This document shows, in pieces, positions 63,757 through 64,000 of a stretch of 64,000 nt of DNA. The first letter of the stretch is position 1. The number at the start of each line of letters is the position of its first letter. Both the position numbers and the translations under genes were made by a program. The DNA comes from Sedimentisphaerales bacterium (GTDB lineage Bacteria > Planctomycetota > Phycisphaerae > Sedimentisphaerales > SM23-30). The stretch is taken from assembly GCA_963663965.2 (NCBI GenBank), contig CAXXFK010000028.1, positions 1-64,000 on the forward strand. The letters are read 5' to 3'. Under the pieces are notes generated by a model. That model had not been told where the DNA came from and searched no databases. It saw only the letters and a program-made list of their open reading frames with translations.

Positions 63757-64000
63757 ATGAATAAGTATGCGGTAATTATGGCAGGTGGTAGTGGTCAGAG
63801 ATTATGGCCGTTAAGCCGTGAAAAGCAGCCTAAGCAGATAATTAAGGTTGTGAATGGTAAATCTCTGCTTGAAATTTGTGTTGAACGGATCAAAGAAATA
63901 TTCCCACTTGAGAATATATATATAGTTACCAATCAGGAATATAAAAGTGTTATCCATGACCATCTGGCAGATATTCCGGTAGATAATATTCTGGGCGAAC
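63757..64000 (+). CDS. manC: Mannose-1-phosphate guanylyltransferase, N-terminal part (runs off the window)
   Basis: MNKYAVIMAGGSGQRLWPLSREKQPKQ...IYIVTN. Confidence 0.88.
   Translation, partial: MNKYAVIMAGGSGQRLWPLSREKQPKQIIKVVNGKSLLEICVERIKEIFPLENIYIVTNQEYKSVIHDHLADIPVDNILGE

Noticed and set aside
1..64000. CRISPR arrays, tRNA/rRNA genes, prophage genes, integron cassettes
   Set aside because: No regularly spaced repeats, cloverleafs, rRNA-like tracts, phage proteins or attC series were seen by eye.

Overview
Bacterial chromosomal window, most likely from a Planctomycete (Phycisphaerae-like). That assignment is inferred from a PEP-CTERM protein, a DUF1559-type prepilin, dockerin-like repeats, an ECF sigma/FecR-LamG pair and a small conserved coiled-coil protein. 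From left to right the window contains: a czcCBA-like metal efflux operon with a His/Cys-rich upstream protein; housekeeping genes (kdsD, trmH-family, DUF58, SulP, maf, truA, HI0933-family flavoprotein); a complete 1615-bp IS3 element with inverted repeats and a 4-bp target duplication; a visibly AT-rich ~18.6-kb locus (PEP-CTERM propeller, dockerin propeller, prepilin, catalytically dead aspartyl-protease/TPR/Omp28-like protein, MoxR AAA+, DUF58, BatA-vWA, ~2500-aa vWA-TPR protein); a hybrid histidine kinase, ahpC, an orphan BlaI, argH, vWA plus secretin, ECF/anti-sigma, neuC, HDOD, tatD, phoBR, lipA, UbiA; and the start of a nucleotide-sugar cluster interrupted by a HEPN-MNT toxin-antitoxin pair. 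Three unannotated ncRNA candidates stand out: a structured RNA with its own promoter and terminator inside the IS3, a 6S-like rod, and an intergenic sRNA. At least six single-base frameshifts break conserved genes, and most of them fall at CCGG, which suggests a methylation-linked long-read error signature. All calls were made by eye from motifs; no database searches were run.
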